64,000 bases of DNA from Dendrobates tinctorius (taxonomy: Eukaryota). The stretch's first letter is position 1, and each line of letters starts with the position of its first letter. The stretch lies in assembly GCF_039654945.1 (NCBI RefSeq), contig NW_027361998.1:4712001-4776000 (forward strand). The letters are read 5' to 3'. Positions 22,401-36,229 of this stretch are shown here, piece after piece. Both the position numbers and the translations under genes were made by a program. The notes beneath the pieces were generated by a model. The model was not told the origin of the DNA. It worked only from the letters and a program-made list of their open reading frames with translations, and made no database searches.

Positions 22401-25400
22401 TGCTATCTAGGTGATTTGTGATAGATTTTCTAACATGATCCATCTTGTACCACTCCCAAAGTTGCCATCTTCTTCCGAGTTGGTGCCCTTGTTTTTACAA
22501 CAGGTGGTTCAGTTGCATGGGATTCCTGAGAACATTGTGTCGGACAGAGGAGTCCAGTTTGTTTCCATATTTTGGAGAACTTTTTGTTCCAATCTGGGAA
22601 TTCAGTTATCTCTCTCCTCTGCGTTTCATCCTCAGATTAGTGGGCAGACTGATAGAACAAACCAGACTTTGGAGTCCTATTTGAGATGTTTTATATCTGC
22701 TGATCAGGATGACTGGGTCTTATTTTTGCCCTTGGCCGAATTCGCACTAAACAATAGAGCTAGTTCTGCCACTTTGATGTCGCCCTTTTTCTGTAACTTT
22801 GGGTTTCAGCCTCGATTTTCTTCAGGGCAAGTGGAATCTTCAACCTGCCCAAGTGTTGGAAAAAGCCCAACGGTTTTCCAACCGGCATAGGACCATTGGT
22901 CCCCAGTTTAAGGTGGGTGATATGGTTTGGTTGTCGTCAAAGAATATTCCCATGAAGGTTGCATCTCCAAAGATCAAGCCAAGATTCATTGGACCTTATA
23001 AGATTTTGGAGATTCTTAATCCTGTTTATTTTCGATTGGCTCTTCCAGTTACGTTTAAGATCCATAACGTGTTTCATAAATCTCTGTTGAAGAGGTTTGT
23101 GGAGCCAGTAGGTCCTATGGCGGCACCTCCTGACCCTGTATTGGTTAAAGGCAATGTGGAATATGAGGTAGAGAAAATATTGGATTCTCGTTTGGCTAGA
23201 CGGAGACTTCAGTACTTGGTCAAATGGAAGGGTTGTGGCCAGGAGGATAATTCTTGGGTCTCTGCTTCTGACATTCATGCCGATAGATTGGTTCGTGCTT
23301 TTCACCGGGCCCATCCTGATCGGCCTGGTGGAGTGGATGAGGGTTCGGTGACCCCTCCTCAAGGGAGGGGTACTGTTGTGAATTCACTTTCTGGCCTACC
23401 TCTGATTACTGGTGAAGGTAGTGAAGATGGTCATATTGACAGAGGAGTCGCGAGTTCTCTTTCTGGGCTCCCTATGGTGGTTACAGGAGGTAATGGAGCT
23501 GATCTAATTAACAGAGGCCTGCCACCTGATAATGAGGAGAACTATTGGACATTGGGAGTTTCTGACTGGATTTAAGACAGCCGACTCCCTCTATCCATGC
23601 TGTTGATTTTTTCCTGTCTCCTGAGGTCTTAGTTTCCAGCTCAGTCCCTGCATGCTCAAGCTAAGTGTTCTTTCACTATTGTTCACATTTGATTTGGTTT
23701 TGTCTATTTCAGTTCTGTGTTGTCAGCCAGCCCCGACAGGGGCTGTGCTGAATTTCCATCCTTATGTTACTGTTTGTGCCAGTTTGTTTTTGTCCCTTAT
23801 TAGATTGGCCTCTCTTTGCTCTGCTTTCAGAATATACCAGAGTGCTGATATAGTGGGCGAAGTCTAGTGACTTCAGTATTTTTTCTATCAGACGTGTTGG
23901 GCATTTTTTGCAGGGTTTTTTGCGTGATTGCAGACAGTGTCTTTCCTTTCCTGTCCTGTCTAGTTAGTTTGAGCCCCATCGCTTGCTCAGCCTATTTTCC
24001 TACCTGCGTTTGTGTTTTCATCTTGTCTCACTGACAATATATGTTTGGGGGCTATCTATTCCTTTGGGGTCTGCTCTGGGTCAGTTTAGATTTCCCCTTT
24101 CTTGCTTTAGGCATATTTAGTTCTCCGGCTGTGTCAAGGCGTTTAGGATCATCGTAGGTAAGCTCCACGGCTACTGCTAGTTGTGTGGATAGGAACAGGG
24201 GTCTGCAATCTGCTTAGTTACCAACCTCTCTGGTTTTCTGTGGCTTAGAATCATAGAATCATAGAATCATAGAATCGTAGAGTTGGAAGGGACCTCCTGG
24301 GCCATCTGGTCCAACCCTCTGCTCAAAGCAGGATTCGCTAAATCATCCCAGTCAGATGTCTGTCCAGCCTCTGTTTGAAGACTTCCATTGAAGGAGAACT
24401 CACCACTTCTTGTGGCAGCTTGTTCCACTCATTGATCACTCTAACTGTCAAAAAGTTTTTTCTTATATCTAATCTGTGTCTCCTCCCATTCAGTTTCATC
24501 CCATTGCTTCTAGTCTTTCCTTGTGCAAATGAGAACAAAGTTGATCCTTCTACAATGTGACAGCCCTTTAGATATTTGTAGACAGCTATTAAGTCTCCTC
24601 TCAGTCTTCTCTTTTGCAAACTAAACATTCCCAAATCCTGCAACCTTTCCTCATAAGACAGGGTTTGCAGACCGGTCACCAATCTGGTCGCTCTTTTCTG
24701 AACTTGCTCCAGTTTGTTGATGTCTTTTTTAAAATATGGTGCCCAAAACTGGACACAATATTCCAGATGAGGTCTGACCAAAGAGGAGTAGAGGGAAATA
24801 ATGACTTCACGTGATCTAGACTGTATGCTTCTGTTAATACATCCTAGAATTGCATTTGCCTTTTTTGCTGCTGCATCACACTATTGACTCATATTCAGTC
24901 TGTGATCTATTAGTATACCCAAGTCTTTTTCACATGTGCTGTTGCTTAGACCTATTCCTCCCATTCTGTATATGCTTTTTTCATTTTTATTACCCAGATG
25001 TAGTACTTTGCATTTTTCGCTGTTAAAAACCATTCTGTTAGTTGCTGCCCACTTTTCCAGTTTATTTATATCTTTTTGAATCCTCTCTCTTCTCTAGTAT
25101 TAGCTATCCCTCCTAGCTTTGTGTCATCAGAAAATTTAATCAGTTTACCCTCAATTCCTTCATCTAAATCGTTAATAAAGATGTTGAACAATACAGGGCC
25201 CAGGACAGAGCCCTGTGGTACCCCACTTGAGACATTCTTCCAACTGGATGTGCAGCCATTTACGACCACTCTTTGGGTCCGATCACTAAGCCAGTTATGA
25301 ATCCACCTAACAGTTGCCTTGTCCATTCCATACTTAGTCATTTTTTCAATAAGGATTGTATGAGAGACTTTGTCAAATGCTTTGCTGAAGTCAAGATATA

Positions 25401-26258
25401 CTATATCTATAGCATTTCCTTGATCCACCCAACCAGTGATTCCATCATAGAAGGAAATTAAGTTAGTCTGGCATGACTTATTAGTTACAAACCCATGCTG
25501 ACTCTGTTTAATCACTTCATTCTTATCCAGGTACTGACATACATGTTGTTTAATAATTTGTTCAAAGATCTTTCCTGGTATAGCAGTCTGACTCACCAGC
25601 CTATATTTGCCTGGGTCCACCTTCTTCCCCTTTTTGAAGATAGGAACAAAATTTGCTCTTCTCCAGTCTTCTGGGACTTCTCCTGTTCTCCAAGAATTTC
25701 AAAGATTATGGAGAGGGGTTCAAAACTTTCTTCTGCTATCTCCTTCAGTACTCTGGGGTGTAATTCATCTGGACCTGGAGACTTGAATTCATTTAGGTTA
25801 GCTAAGTGTTTCCTCACTATCTTTCTGTTTATAGATATCCTGGATTCTTCTATTCCCTTAATAGGACAGTGAAGAACAGTTGATGTTACATTTCCTTTCT
25901 GAGAGAAAACAGATGCAAAATAGGAATTTAAAAGTTCGGCCTTCTCAACATCCTGTCTTACCATTTCATCATTTTCATCCTGTAAAAATCCTATTTCTTT
26001 TACTTTTCTTTTACTTTTGACATATCCCCAAAATCCTTTATTATTGCTTTTGACATCTCTTGCAAGCCTCAATTCATTGTCAGCGTTAGATAATCTGATT
26101 TGTGCCCAGCAGGTTCTGCAGACAGCATTATATTCTTCTTTAGATATGCCTCCCTCTTTCCATTTTATAAACTTTTTTTCTTCCTTTTTAGCATGTGCTT
26201 AAGTTTAGCATGTGCTTAGCTTGGTCATGCTTTCCTCCTCGGTGACCCAATCATAACA
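19463..26258 (+). mobile_element. Ty3/gypsy chromovirus (sushi-like), decayed; no 5' LTR seen; 3' LTR (23374-26258) interrupted by CR1
   Basis: Gag with CX2CX4HX4C, protease VDSGA, RT ([12 protein letters not shown]), RNase H, integrase (SDRGVQF, GPY motif) and chromodomain (YEVEKILDSR...YLVKWKG...SW). PPT AAGGGAGGGG precedes TG at 23374, and the LTR ends CATAACA at 26258. Confidence 0.92.
24248..26200 (-). mobile_element. CR1 LINE, 5'-truncated
   Basis: RT motifs [25 protein letters not shown] and C-terminal RPHLEYCVQFW. The 3' tail (ATTCTATG)n lies at ~24247-24278. Confidence 0.93.
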
Positions 26259-26592
26259 AAGATGTGATTTTTAAAAAATATATTTACAAACTTTTTAATT
26301 TTCACAATTTCACTTGCACCATTTGGGTCTTTGGAACCAAAAAAAATAATGAACAAGGAGACAAGTGATGACCGTGTATCAGAAAGTTACGCAAGGTTTT
26401 ACTGCATTTAGCAGTGATCATAGGTTGGTCCGCTAAATACTTTGGCAGTTCAGTATCTTGTTTAAGGATAGACCAATTTGGAAATAATGTTAACCATTTA
26501 TTTCCATATTCTATTATAATTTGTGATAAAATGAACAGATTTTTGAGAAACTTTTTTTTAGAAGTCAAGAGGTGCTGTCTTGCTCGACTGTA

Positions 26593-28154
26593 CAGTCATG
26601 GCCAAAAGTTTAGAGAATGACACAAATATTATATTTTCACATGATCTGCTGGCCTCTGGTTTTTATGTGTGTTTGTCAGATGTTTTTATCACATACAGAA
26701 ATATAATTGCAATCATATTATGAGTAACAGAAGGTTATATTGACAGAATGAGTTAATGCAGCAAGTCAATATTTGCAGTGTTGACCCTTCTTCTTCAGGA
26801 CCTCAGCAATTCTCCCTGGCATGCTCTCAATCAACTTCTGGATCAAATCCTGACTGATAGCAGTCCATTCTTGCAAAATCAATGCTTTTATTTTGTCTGA
26901 ATTTGAAGGTTTTTGTTTGTCCACCCGTCTCTTGATGATTGACCACAAGTTCTCAATGAGATTAAGATCTGGGGAGTTTCCAGGTCATGGTCCCAAAATC
27001 TCTATGTTTTGTTCCCTGAGCCATTTAGTTATCACCTTTGCTTTATGGCAAGGTGCTCCATCATGTTGAAAAAGGCATTGTTGATCGCCAAACTGCTCTT
27101 GGACAGTTGGGAGAAGTTGCTCTTGGAGGACATTCTGGTACCATTCTTTATTCATGGCTGTGTTTTTAGGCAAGACTGAGAGAGAGCCCATACCCTTGGC
27201 TGAGAAGCAACCCCACACATGAATGGTTTCAGGATGCTTGACAGTTGGCATGAGACAAGACTGGTGGTAGCGCTCACCTGGTCTTCTCCGAATAAGCCGT
27301 TTTCCAGATGTCCCAAACAATCGAAAAGGGGATTCATCAGAGAAAATGACTTTACCCCAGTCCTCAGCAGTCCACTCCCTGTACCTCTTGCAGAATATCA
27401 GTCTGTCCATGATGTTTTTTCTGGAGAGAAGTGGCTTCTTTGCTGCCCTTCTTGAGACCAGGCCTTGCTCCAAGAGTCTCCGCCTCACAGTGCGTGCAGA
27501 TGCACTCACACCTGCCTGCTGCCATTCCTGAGCAAGCTCTGCACTGCTGGTAGCCCGATCCCGCAGCTGAAACACTTTTAAGAGATGGTCTTGGCGCTTG
27601 CTGGTCTTTCTTGGGCGCCCTGGAGCCTTTTTGGCAACAAGGGAACCTCTCTCCTTGAAGTTCTTGATGATGCGATAGATTGTTGACTGAATTGCAATCT
27701 TTCTAGCTGCGATACTCTTCCCTGTTAGGCCATTTTTGTGCAGTGCAATGATGACTGCACGTGTTTCTTTCGAGATAACCATGATTAACAGAAGAGAAAC
27801 AATGATGCCAAGCACCAGCCTCCTTTTAAAGTGTCCAGTGGTGTCATTCTTACTTAATCATGACAGATTGATCTCCAGCCCTGTCCTCATCAACACCCAC
27901 ACCTGTGTTAATGGAGCAATCACTGAAACGATGTTAGCTGGTCCTTTTAAGGCAGGGCTGCAATAATGTTGAAATGTGTTTTGGGGGATAAAGTTCATTT
28001 TCTAGGCAAATATTGACTTTGCAAGTAATTGCTGTTAAGCTGATCACTCTTTATAACATTCTGGAGTATATGCAAATTGCAATTAGAAAAAATGAAGCAG
28101 TAGACTTGTAAAAATTAATATTTGTGTCATTCTCTAAACTTTTGGCCATGACTG
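26593..28154 (-). mobile_element. Full-length Tc1-superfamily element with a DD35E triad (Traveler-like)
   Basis: TIRs CAGTCATGGCCAAAAGTT with TA on both sides. The transposase (27782-26766) is interrupted only by TGA replacing the Trp of WPGNSPDL at 26985-26987. Confidence 0.93.
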
Positions 28155-28779
28155 TAAGCATGGCAGGTATGTTACAATTTATAACTCCATTGTAAAAATC
28201 TCTGTGTGAGATCTTGAGCCTGATGCTCCAACTCTTCATCGCTGTCACAAATCCATCTAGCGCAATGGAATTAAGCAGTGGGTATAACACAGATGGTGTG
28301 TGCCGGATGAGCTGACTTAGTATGTAAAATTGCAATTGCAAAATATTGTGGTGTGAATAAAACCATCTGGATCGACTGAAATGTTAAGGTCAAGAAATTT
28401 ATTAATACTTTGATTAATGTGACAAGAAAGGCTACAAAAAATTAATCCAATTCACGTTTAGAAACCTGCCAAATAAAAAAGCATCTTTAATAAATCTCAA
28501 CTAAGAAACACATCTAATAACTGCATGATGAACTGTTTTAATCTTTTTGAATTCCCACATAGCAACACATAGATTAACACCATTCAGGCGTTGACTGATA
28601 AGTACCACTCTCATCAGCTTACATCTGTTCTTGCCTCACCAGCATTTTAACCACAGTGCTCTGCGGGCTGCGTTGGAGAGACCCGTAGCCCTTGCCGCCA
28701 TCAAGACTGAATCCACTGAGCCATCCGACAGAAAGGCCACGGCCCCTTGAATTGTTGGAAGGGCTCCCAGAATCATCTC

Positions 28780-31700
28780 CCGAGGTGCTTCTTCTTATAG
28801 CTGAGACTCGAGTTGGTCTAGCCAGACCATCATAGATCTGGCCGTGCAAGTGGATTCCACTGCTGGTCTCAAGGATCCGACCGCCATATCCCAAGTTCCT
28901 TTAAGAAAGATGTCCGCTTTTCTATCTATGAGATCCTTAAGGGTCCCCATATCCTCAAAGGGTAGGGAAGATCTTTTTGATGCTTTGGCAACTGATGCAT
29001 CTAATTTAGAGGCTTTATCCCAATCGTTAACGGCTGGGTCATCAAATGGGTATCTCCGCTTGAGGGCCGAAACTAAGGAGCCTTTCTTTTCTGGCCTCTT
29101 CTACTACTGGAGAATCAGCTCTTAAATTTTCTCATTGCAGGGAAAGGATCTAAGTTTCTTTTACTCCAATCCCTTAAACATAATGTCTTGCATGGGCAGT
29201 TCTGGCCCAGGTTCCACTATCCCCATTGCTCCCCTGACCAACTTTACTAGTCTATCCACATGGTCTAGGGGCAGGCAGAAGCGGCCTGAGTCTTCCTTGG
29301 ATGAACAAGTCGAGAAAGATGATTCAGGGGATTCTACCAAGGAATATGATTCTGGGAGATCCTTGTCAGGAACACCGCACTACACTCGCTCACTGAGCAT
29401 GTCCTGAGTACAAAAAACCATGCTCAAAGATACCTGTGGAGCAGGGCAGCAGCGGTGACAATGCGTCCTTCAAACTATCAGGACCTGAAGCATGTGACTG
29501 CTGGGGGCGTGGCCTAAGCTCCACAGAGCTAGGAGCTGCAGGGAATCTCCTAGAAAGGTAACTACGGTACAAGTTACCAAGGGGCATAGACAGGGGCGGA
29601 AACCAGATCAAGCCGGGGTCAATGCACGAGATAGCAGGACAGTACCAAAGGGTTAGACAGAGCAGATAGTCAGGACGTAGCAATAGATCAGAAAACCAGA
29701 TGGGTAATAGACGGTACAATAATGGCAAACGATAACGGAGTAACAATAGCCAAGCTAGGAGGTCAGAACCAGAGAAGACAATAGTACCTAAAACGTGAGA
29801 CGGAGTTCAGAGTGAGGTGGGTCACTAGGTGGGTCGGTCAGACACCCAGCCAGAATAACAGTATAGCTGACAGAGAATGCTAGTCTGGAGTGAGTATAAA
29901 TACCCCTCCCAGATCCAAAGAGAGGCCAGCAAAAGTTAACCCTGTGAGAACAGGACATTAACCATGTCCTAACCATGACAGTACCCCTCTCTTAATGGGG
30001 GGGCCACTGGACCCCCAGGTTTCTCAGGGTATCTGGCATGAAAAGCCTGCACCAGTCGATCAGCGTGCACCGAACTGGCCGGAACCCACAACCGATCCTT
30101 AACGGAATATCCCTTCCAATGGATAAGGTACTGAAGTCTCCGGCGCACCCACCGTGAATCAATGATGCGCCCTACCTCGTACTCCAGTTGACCCTCTACC
30201 AACACTGGTGGAGCCACAGATGAGGGATAATAGGGACCTGTGGAAGACGTTAGAGATTTTGAAGGCGGTGGGCAACTGTAATCTGTATGCCACCGGGTTG
30301 ATCACCTCTACATTCTTGTATGGGCCAATAAATTTGGGGCCCAACTTCATAGAGGGTATTTTAAGTTTGATGTTACGGGTGGACAACCAGACTTTTTCCC
30401 CCACTGTCAACGCAGGAACCACCCCCCTCCTCCTGTCTGCAAAATGTTTGAACTTCTTCTGGGCTTTGGAGATGTTCCCCTGCACCTCCTTCCAGAGGGT
30501 TTTTAATTGTTGTACCATCCCCTCGGCATCAGGGCAATCCGAATCCATACGGGAAAATTCCCCAAACTGTGGAACAAACCCATAATTGACCTGAAAGGGA
30601 GACTTTCCGGTAGACTGATTAATCCGACAGTTGAATGCAAATTCTGCCATGGGTAATACCTCACACCAGTCTTCCTGTCTGGAGGAGGCCAGGCATCTCA
30701 GAATCTGCTCCAATGACTGGTTGGTGCGTTCAGTTTGTCCATTGGATTCCGGGTGATAGGCAGAGGAGAATGACAACGTGACCCCCAACTTCATGCAAAA
30801 CGCTCTCCAAAACCTGGCCACAAATTGCACACCCCTTTCCGACACCACGTTCACAGGCACTCCATGCAGTCGAACAATGTGCTGTATAAACAAGCGGGCC
30901 AAGGTTTCAGCAGATGGTATTGCAGGTAATGGCACAAAGTGGGCTTGCTTAGAAAATCAATCAACCACTACCCATACCACTGAGTTGCCCTTGGAAGGTG
31001 GAAGATTAGTGATAAAGTCCATGGACAGGTGTGTCCATGGTTTATCCGGAATTTGCAAAGGCACCAATTCCCCGGCCGGCCGGACCTGAGAGCTTTTAGA
31101 GCGTGCGCACACCCCACAAGTATTCACAAACCTTTTTATATCAGTACCCATAGAGGGCCACCAAAAACCCCTAGCTACTGCCCCCGGGTAGCTGCAATAC
31201 CAGGGTGTGCACTTAACACAGAATCATGAAATTCTTGAAGGAGTGTGGGACGGAATTGTTCGGGTACAAACAATTTACCTGGGGGTTTATTCCTGGGAGC
31301 TTGTGCCTCCAGAAACTCTCTCTGTAACTCAGAGGAGATTTCGACTACAACCACTCCCGGTTGAAGAATGGAGGAAGGAGGTTCTGGAGGGGACACAGAA
31401 TCAAAACTTCGGGATAAGGCATCCGCCTTTACATTTTTAGACCCTGGTCGGAACATGATGGTAAAATGAAATCGAGAAAAAAAAGTGCCCACCGAGACTG
31501 TCTGGGGGTCAATCTCTTAGCAGACTCGATATAGGCCATGTTTTTATGATCAGTGATGACCGTAATGGGATGAGCAGCCCCCTCCAAAAAATTCCTCCAT
31601 TCTTCGAATGCCAATTTAACTGCTATCAATTCCCTGTTGCCGACATCATAGTTTCTCTCGGCCGAAGAGAACTTCTTAGAGAAAAAGGCGCAGTGTTTGA

Positions 31701-34700
31701 GGTTAGTCAGGGTAGAGGGGCCCTGTGACAATACTGCCCCCACCCCCACCTCAGAAGCGTCGACCTTGACGATAAAAGGTCTTGACGAATCGGGTTGTAC
31801 CAACACAGGGGCTGTAGTAAAACACTTCTTTAATGCCAGGAAGGAATTTTTTGCGGCCACGGACCAGTTTTTTACATCTGCCCCTATAAGAGTGAGGTCC
31901 GTCAAGGGTTTCACCACCTGCGAGAACCCTTTAATGAACTTCCTATAATAATTAGCAAAGCCCAGAAATCACTGCAACCCCTTCAGGTCATGAGACTGCA
32001 CCCAATCTGTAAAGGCCTGAACCTTCCCTGGATCCATGCGGAATCCCTCCCCGGATACAATTACACCCAGAAAAGATAGTTCTTGCATAAAAAATAAGCA
32101 CTTCTCCAGCTTAGAATACAAATGGTTCTCCCGGAGTCTCATAAGAACCGTACGCAGATGGTGCAAGTGTGACTGACTGTCCTCAGAGTAAATCAAGATG
32201 TCATCCAGGTAAACGACTACGTAACGTCCAATCAAGTCAGAAAAAACAACATTAATAAAGTTCTGAAAAACCGCCGGAGCATTAGTGAGGCCGAAGGGCA
32301 TAACCAGGTTTTCAAACAGCCCCTCAGTTGTCAGGAACGCTGTTTTCCATTCGTCCCCCTCCTGGATCCTTATAAGGTTATAAGCCCCTCGTAGATCGAG
32401 CTTAGAAAACCATTTGGCCCCCGTGAGTTGATTGCATAGATCAGGAATCAATGGGAGAGGGTACGTGTTCTTAACAGTAATTTTGTTCAGTTCTCGAAAA
32501 TCGAAGCACGGTCACAACCCACCATCTTTTTTCTTTACAAAGAAAAACCCCGCTGCCACGGGTGAGACCGAGGGCCGAATATGCCCCTTGCGAAGGCTTT
32601 CTTTAATGCACTCTTTCATAGCTTGGAGCTCAGGCCCGGACAAATTAAACAAATGAGCCTTGGGTAATTTGGCTCCAGGTACTAAATCGATAGCACAATC
32701 AAATGGTCTATGTGGTGGGAGCGCCTCAGCCTCGCTTTCGGAAAACACATCTTTAAAGTCTCTCAGGTACTCCGGAATACCCTCCAGACCGACAGATGAC
32801 ACAGATACAGATTTTATCGGATTGACAAAAGAAACAGGGTTACAACACAGACCAATATCATTACATCCCCATCGGATGATCTCCCCCTTCACCCAATCAA
32901 TAAGAGGATTGTGGGGTTGCAACCAGGGCATTCCCAATACCAGTCCTGCAGGCAGATTATTCATAATGAAGTAACTTAAATTTTCCACATGAGTGGAACC
33001 CACTTTCATAGAAAAAACTTCAGACATAAAACAAATTCCAACCCGGGTAAGAGGGGATGAATCCACAGCCACAATTTTAACAGGGTCTTTTAACCTGACT
33101 GTCTCTATCTTATTAAGAGTCATAACTTGGGCATCAATCAGATTAATGGAGGAACCACAGTCGACAAAGGCGGTAGTCATAACAGGACCGCCAGCAAGTT
33201 CCAATTCAACCTGGAGCACCATTTTTATACGTGAGAAAAAATGTACCTGGGAGTCTGGACAACCTCCTCGATTGTTGCCCAGACTCAGTCGTTTCTCTGA
33301 TGGTTTCTCTGAAGAAGGGCAGGAGGGGCAATTCCTTTTCCAATGTCCAGAGGCTCCACAGTAAAAGCATAGTAGGTTGTCTCTACGGTGCCTTCTCTCT
33401 TTCTCCTTAACCGAGACTGACCCAACCTCCATGGACTCGGATACAGGTGCAGTGTCACACAATTTGGGGTATAAGGGAGACTCTTGTTGCATCATTCCTC
33501 TAGCACGGAGTCTCCGGTCCATACGGACCGCCTGCAACATGGTGTCCTCCAGGGTATCAGGAGGCGGATGTAATGCCAGAGCGTCCTGCAGATGGTCAGA
33601 CAGGCCCCTGCGAAACAACCCTCTCAGGACGGCGTCGTTCCAGGATACTTTGGACGTCCAACGTCTAAACTCTGAGCAGAACCATTCAGCAGAGTGCCTC
33701 CTCTGTGTCACACTCATCACCATATCCTCTGCCAGACGCACTCTATCAGGCTCATCATAAATGTGCCCCAGAGCCTCAAAGAGCAAATTCACAGACATAC
33801 GTTCAGGAGCAGAGGAAGAGAGAGAGAACTCCCATGCCTGTGGAGCCCCCTGAAGTAGGGAAATAATGACCCCCACCCTCTGGAACTCATCCCCGGAGGA
33901 GCGGGGCCTTAGAGAAAAAAAGCTTGCATCCTTCTCTGAAAGACCTGAACTCCTTTTTATCCCCTGAGAAAGGGTCTGGCAATTTGACCGGGGGACGCTA
34001 ATGACACATCTCTACCCCCAGAACTAGAAGCCCCGGCATCGACAGCCCCCTGCACAGTAACCACCAACTGTTGCTGGGTATGGGCCATCGTGCGCTGTTC
34101 CACATTGAGTTTATGGAACATTTGGGTCAGGTGCTTGACCTGATCAGCCAAAGCTTGTATGGGATCCATGAGGATAACACACTTTTTTTTTTCTTTTTTT
34201 CATTCAGAGAAAAAAAAAAAGAACTGAAACGGTCAGCTATAATGTCAGGAACACCGCACTACACTCGCTCACTGAGCCAGTGCGCATGTCCTGAGTACAA
34301 AAAACCGTGCTCAAAGATACCTGTGGAGCAGGGCAGCAGCGGTGACAATGCGTGCTTCAAACTATCAGGACCTGAAGCATGTGACTGCTGGGGGTGTGGC
34401 CTAAGCTCCACAGAGCTAGGAGCTGCAGGGAAACTCCTGGAAAGGTAACTACGGGACAAGTTACCAAGGGGCATCGACAGGGGCGGAAACCAGATCAAGC
34501 CGGGGTCAATGCACGAGATAGCAGGACAGTACCAAAGGGTTAGACAGAGCGGATAGTCAGGACGTAGCAATAGATCAGAAAACCAGAACGGGCAATAGAC
34601 GGTACAATAGGGGCAAACAATAGCGGAGTAACAATAGCCAAGCCAGGAGGTCAGAACCAGAGAAGACAATAGTACCTAAAACGTGAGACGGAGTTCAGAG

Positions 34701-36223
34701 TGAGGGGACAGGCCGGGTCATACACGGGAATCAAACAAGCAATGCAGTACACGCACACCAGGGGGGTCGGTCAGACACACAGCCAGAATAACAGTATAGC
34801 TGACAGAGAATGCTAGTCTGGAGTGAGTATAAATACCCCTCCCAGATCCAAAGAGAGGCCAGCAAAAGTTAACCCTGTGAGAACAGGACATTAACCATGT
34901 CCTAACCATGACAATCCTTTTGCCTAGAACATTCACCTTGAGTCAGGGATTTTATGGACTCCCTTACTTCTGTCCTGATGATGTCCTTCAGACTTGAATT
35001 GCAGTTGAGAGTCTCTTCCGCCACCTGAGGGGGATATTAACGGCAATATAGACTCTCTAGAAGCTAACGGTGCATCCCCCTCCCACTTCCTGAGACCTCA
35101 CCGTCTGTTGGAAATGGGGGGGGGCATAATCTTTTTGGACAAGAGTCCGGTAGGGGGCATCTACAGAGGGCTCATTCCCTGTGCCTTGCCTTATCTGTGC
35201 ATTTCTTCCCCTAGGAATAAAAACATAAGGAGGAGGTTGCATCACTGAGTGAACATTCACGAAGATCACTTACCAGTGTTTGCAGAAATAGGTATCGGAA
35301 TACGAGGGGGGAATTTCTCAGCCGATGCTGCTGTCTGCCATCTGGAAGAGCTTCTTCGATTGGATAGGTCACTCAACTGGCCACGACTTGTGCCATCCCA
35401 ATTTTTCTGTCGGACCTGAGGCTTCTCGGTAGCATGCTGATCTGTAGCTTCTTCTGGATGCAGTGGCTGCTGCAGCTGCTCATCATCCATTGTGAAGAAA
35501 ATGGACCTGAAGCATGGATCCCCCTGCTTGTCGGCCATATATACCTCCCCCTCTGGTATCCAGGTCAGCAGGTGATGCCGCGCCCCTCCCTTGCATCCCC
35601 CGCCCCCACAAGTGCCTGAGTCCTAGTAGGACCTAAATCAGGGCTCCAGTCCCCATAGGATGGCGGCCACCATTTTCCCGGCCCCAGAATCCCTCGCACA
35701 TGCTCAGAAGGGAGCCGGTGTCGGTGACCCGGAAGCGATCGGTGGTCCTGCCCCCGATGTCACCCGGCGACCTCCGATGGCATCGAACATGCCAGAGGCC
35801 GCTCCAGGATACCTGGAGAGAGCCACACGCACGCCTGCATCAAGACACCACCAGACCCGGGTAACATGGAGACCCCCACATTGCCAGAGGCGCAGGGAGG
35901 CCCAGGAGAATACTTACCTCGGCGCTGGCTACTACCAGAGACGGCATTCCTCTGGACCCCTCTCACTGCCGTGCCATCCATCAAGGACCACCGTGGCGCT
36001 TCTAGGACCCCCATACCAGTTGAGGTAGGAGACCCACCTGCTACCTGAGCCGACCGACCGGGCCTAGGGACATCCTGTAGTGTGTAGGATCCAGTCCCAT
36101 CAGGAACAGGAAACCAACTGATGTGTGGGAGAGGTGCTGCCCTTTTTGTATCTGTAGATTTCCTGTTCCTGAAGGGCGGATCGCCTCCCTCTCTCGTGGT
36201 GCTGTCATGGGAGTCCGAATAAA
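28780..36223 (-). mobile_element. DIRS1-like tyrosine-recombinase retrotransposon, 5' part (gag-like), split by a chromovirus
   Basis: The minus strand near 28800-29100 reads KRRYPFDD...WDKASKLDASVAKASKRSSLPFEDMGTLKDLIDRKAD, the LAP2alpha-like domain of vertebrate DIRS gag. The T-rich start TTTTATTCGGACTCCCATGACAGCACC at ~36223 resembles DIRS termini. Confidence 0.7.
29364..34913 (-). mobile_element. Full-length Ty3/gypsy chromovirus with two LTRs (34243-34913, 29364-29980), 5-bp TSD ATCCT
   Basis: Gag zinc knuckle CFYCGASGHWKRNC, protease VDCGS, RT YLDD, RNase H, integrase with GPY motif and chromodomain. The PPT is adjacent to 29980. Multiple stops and frameshifts. Confidence 0.95.
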
Positions 36224-36229
36224 AGTATA

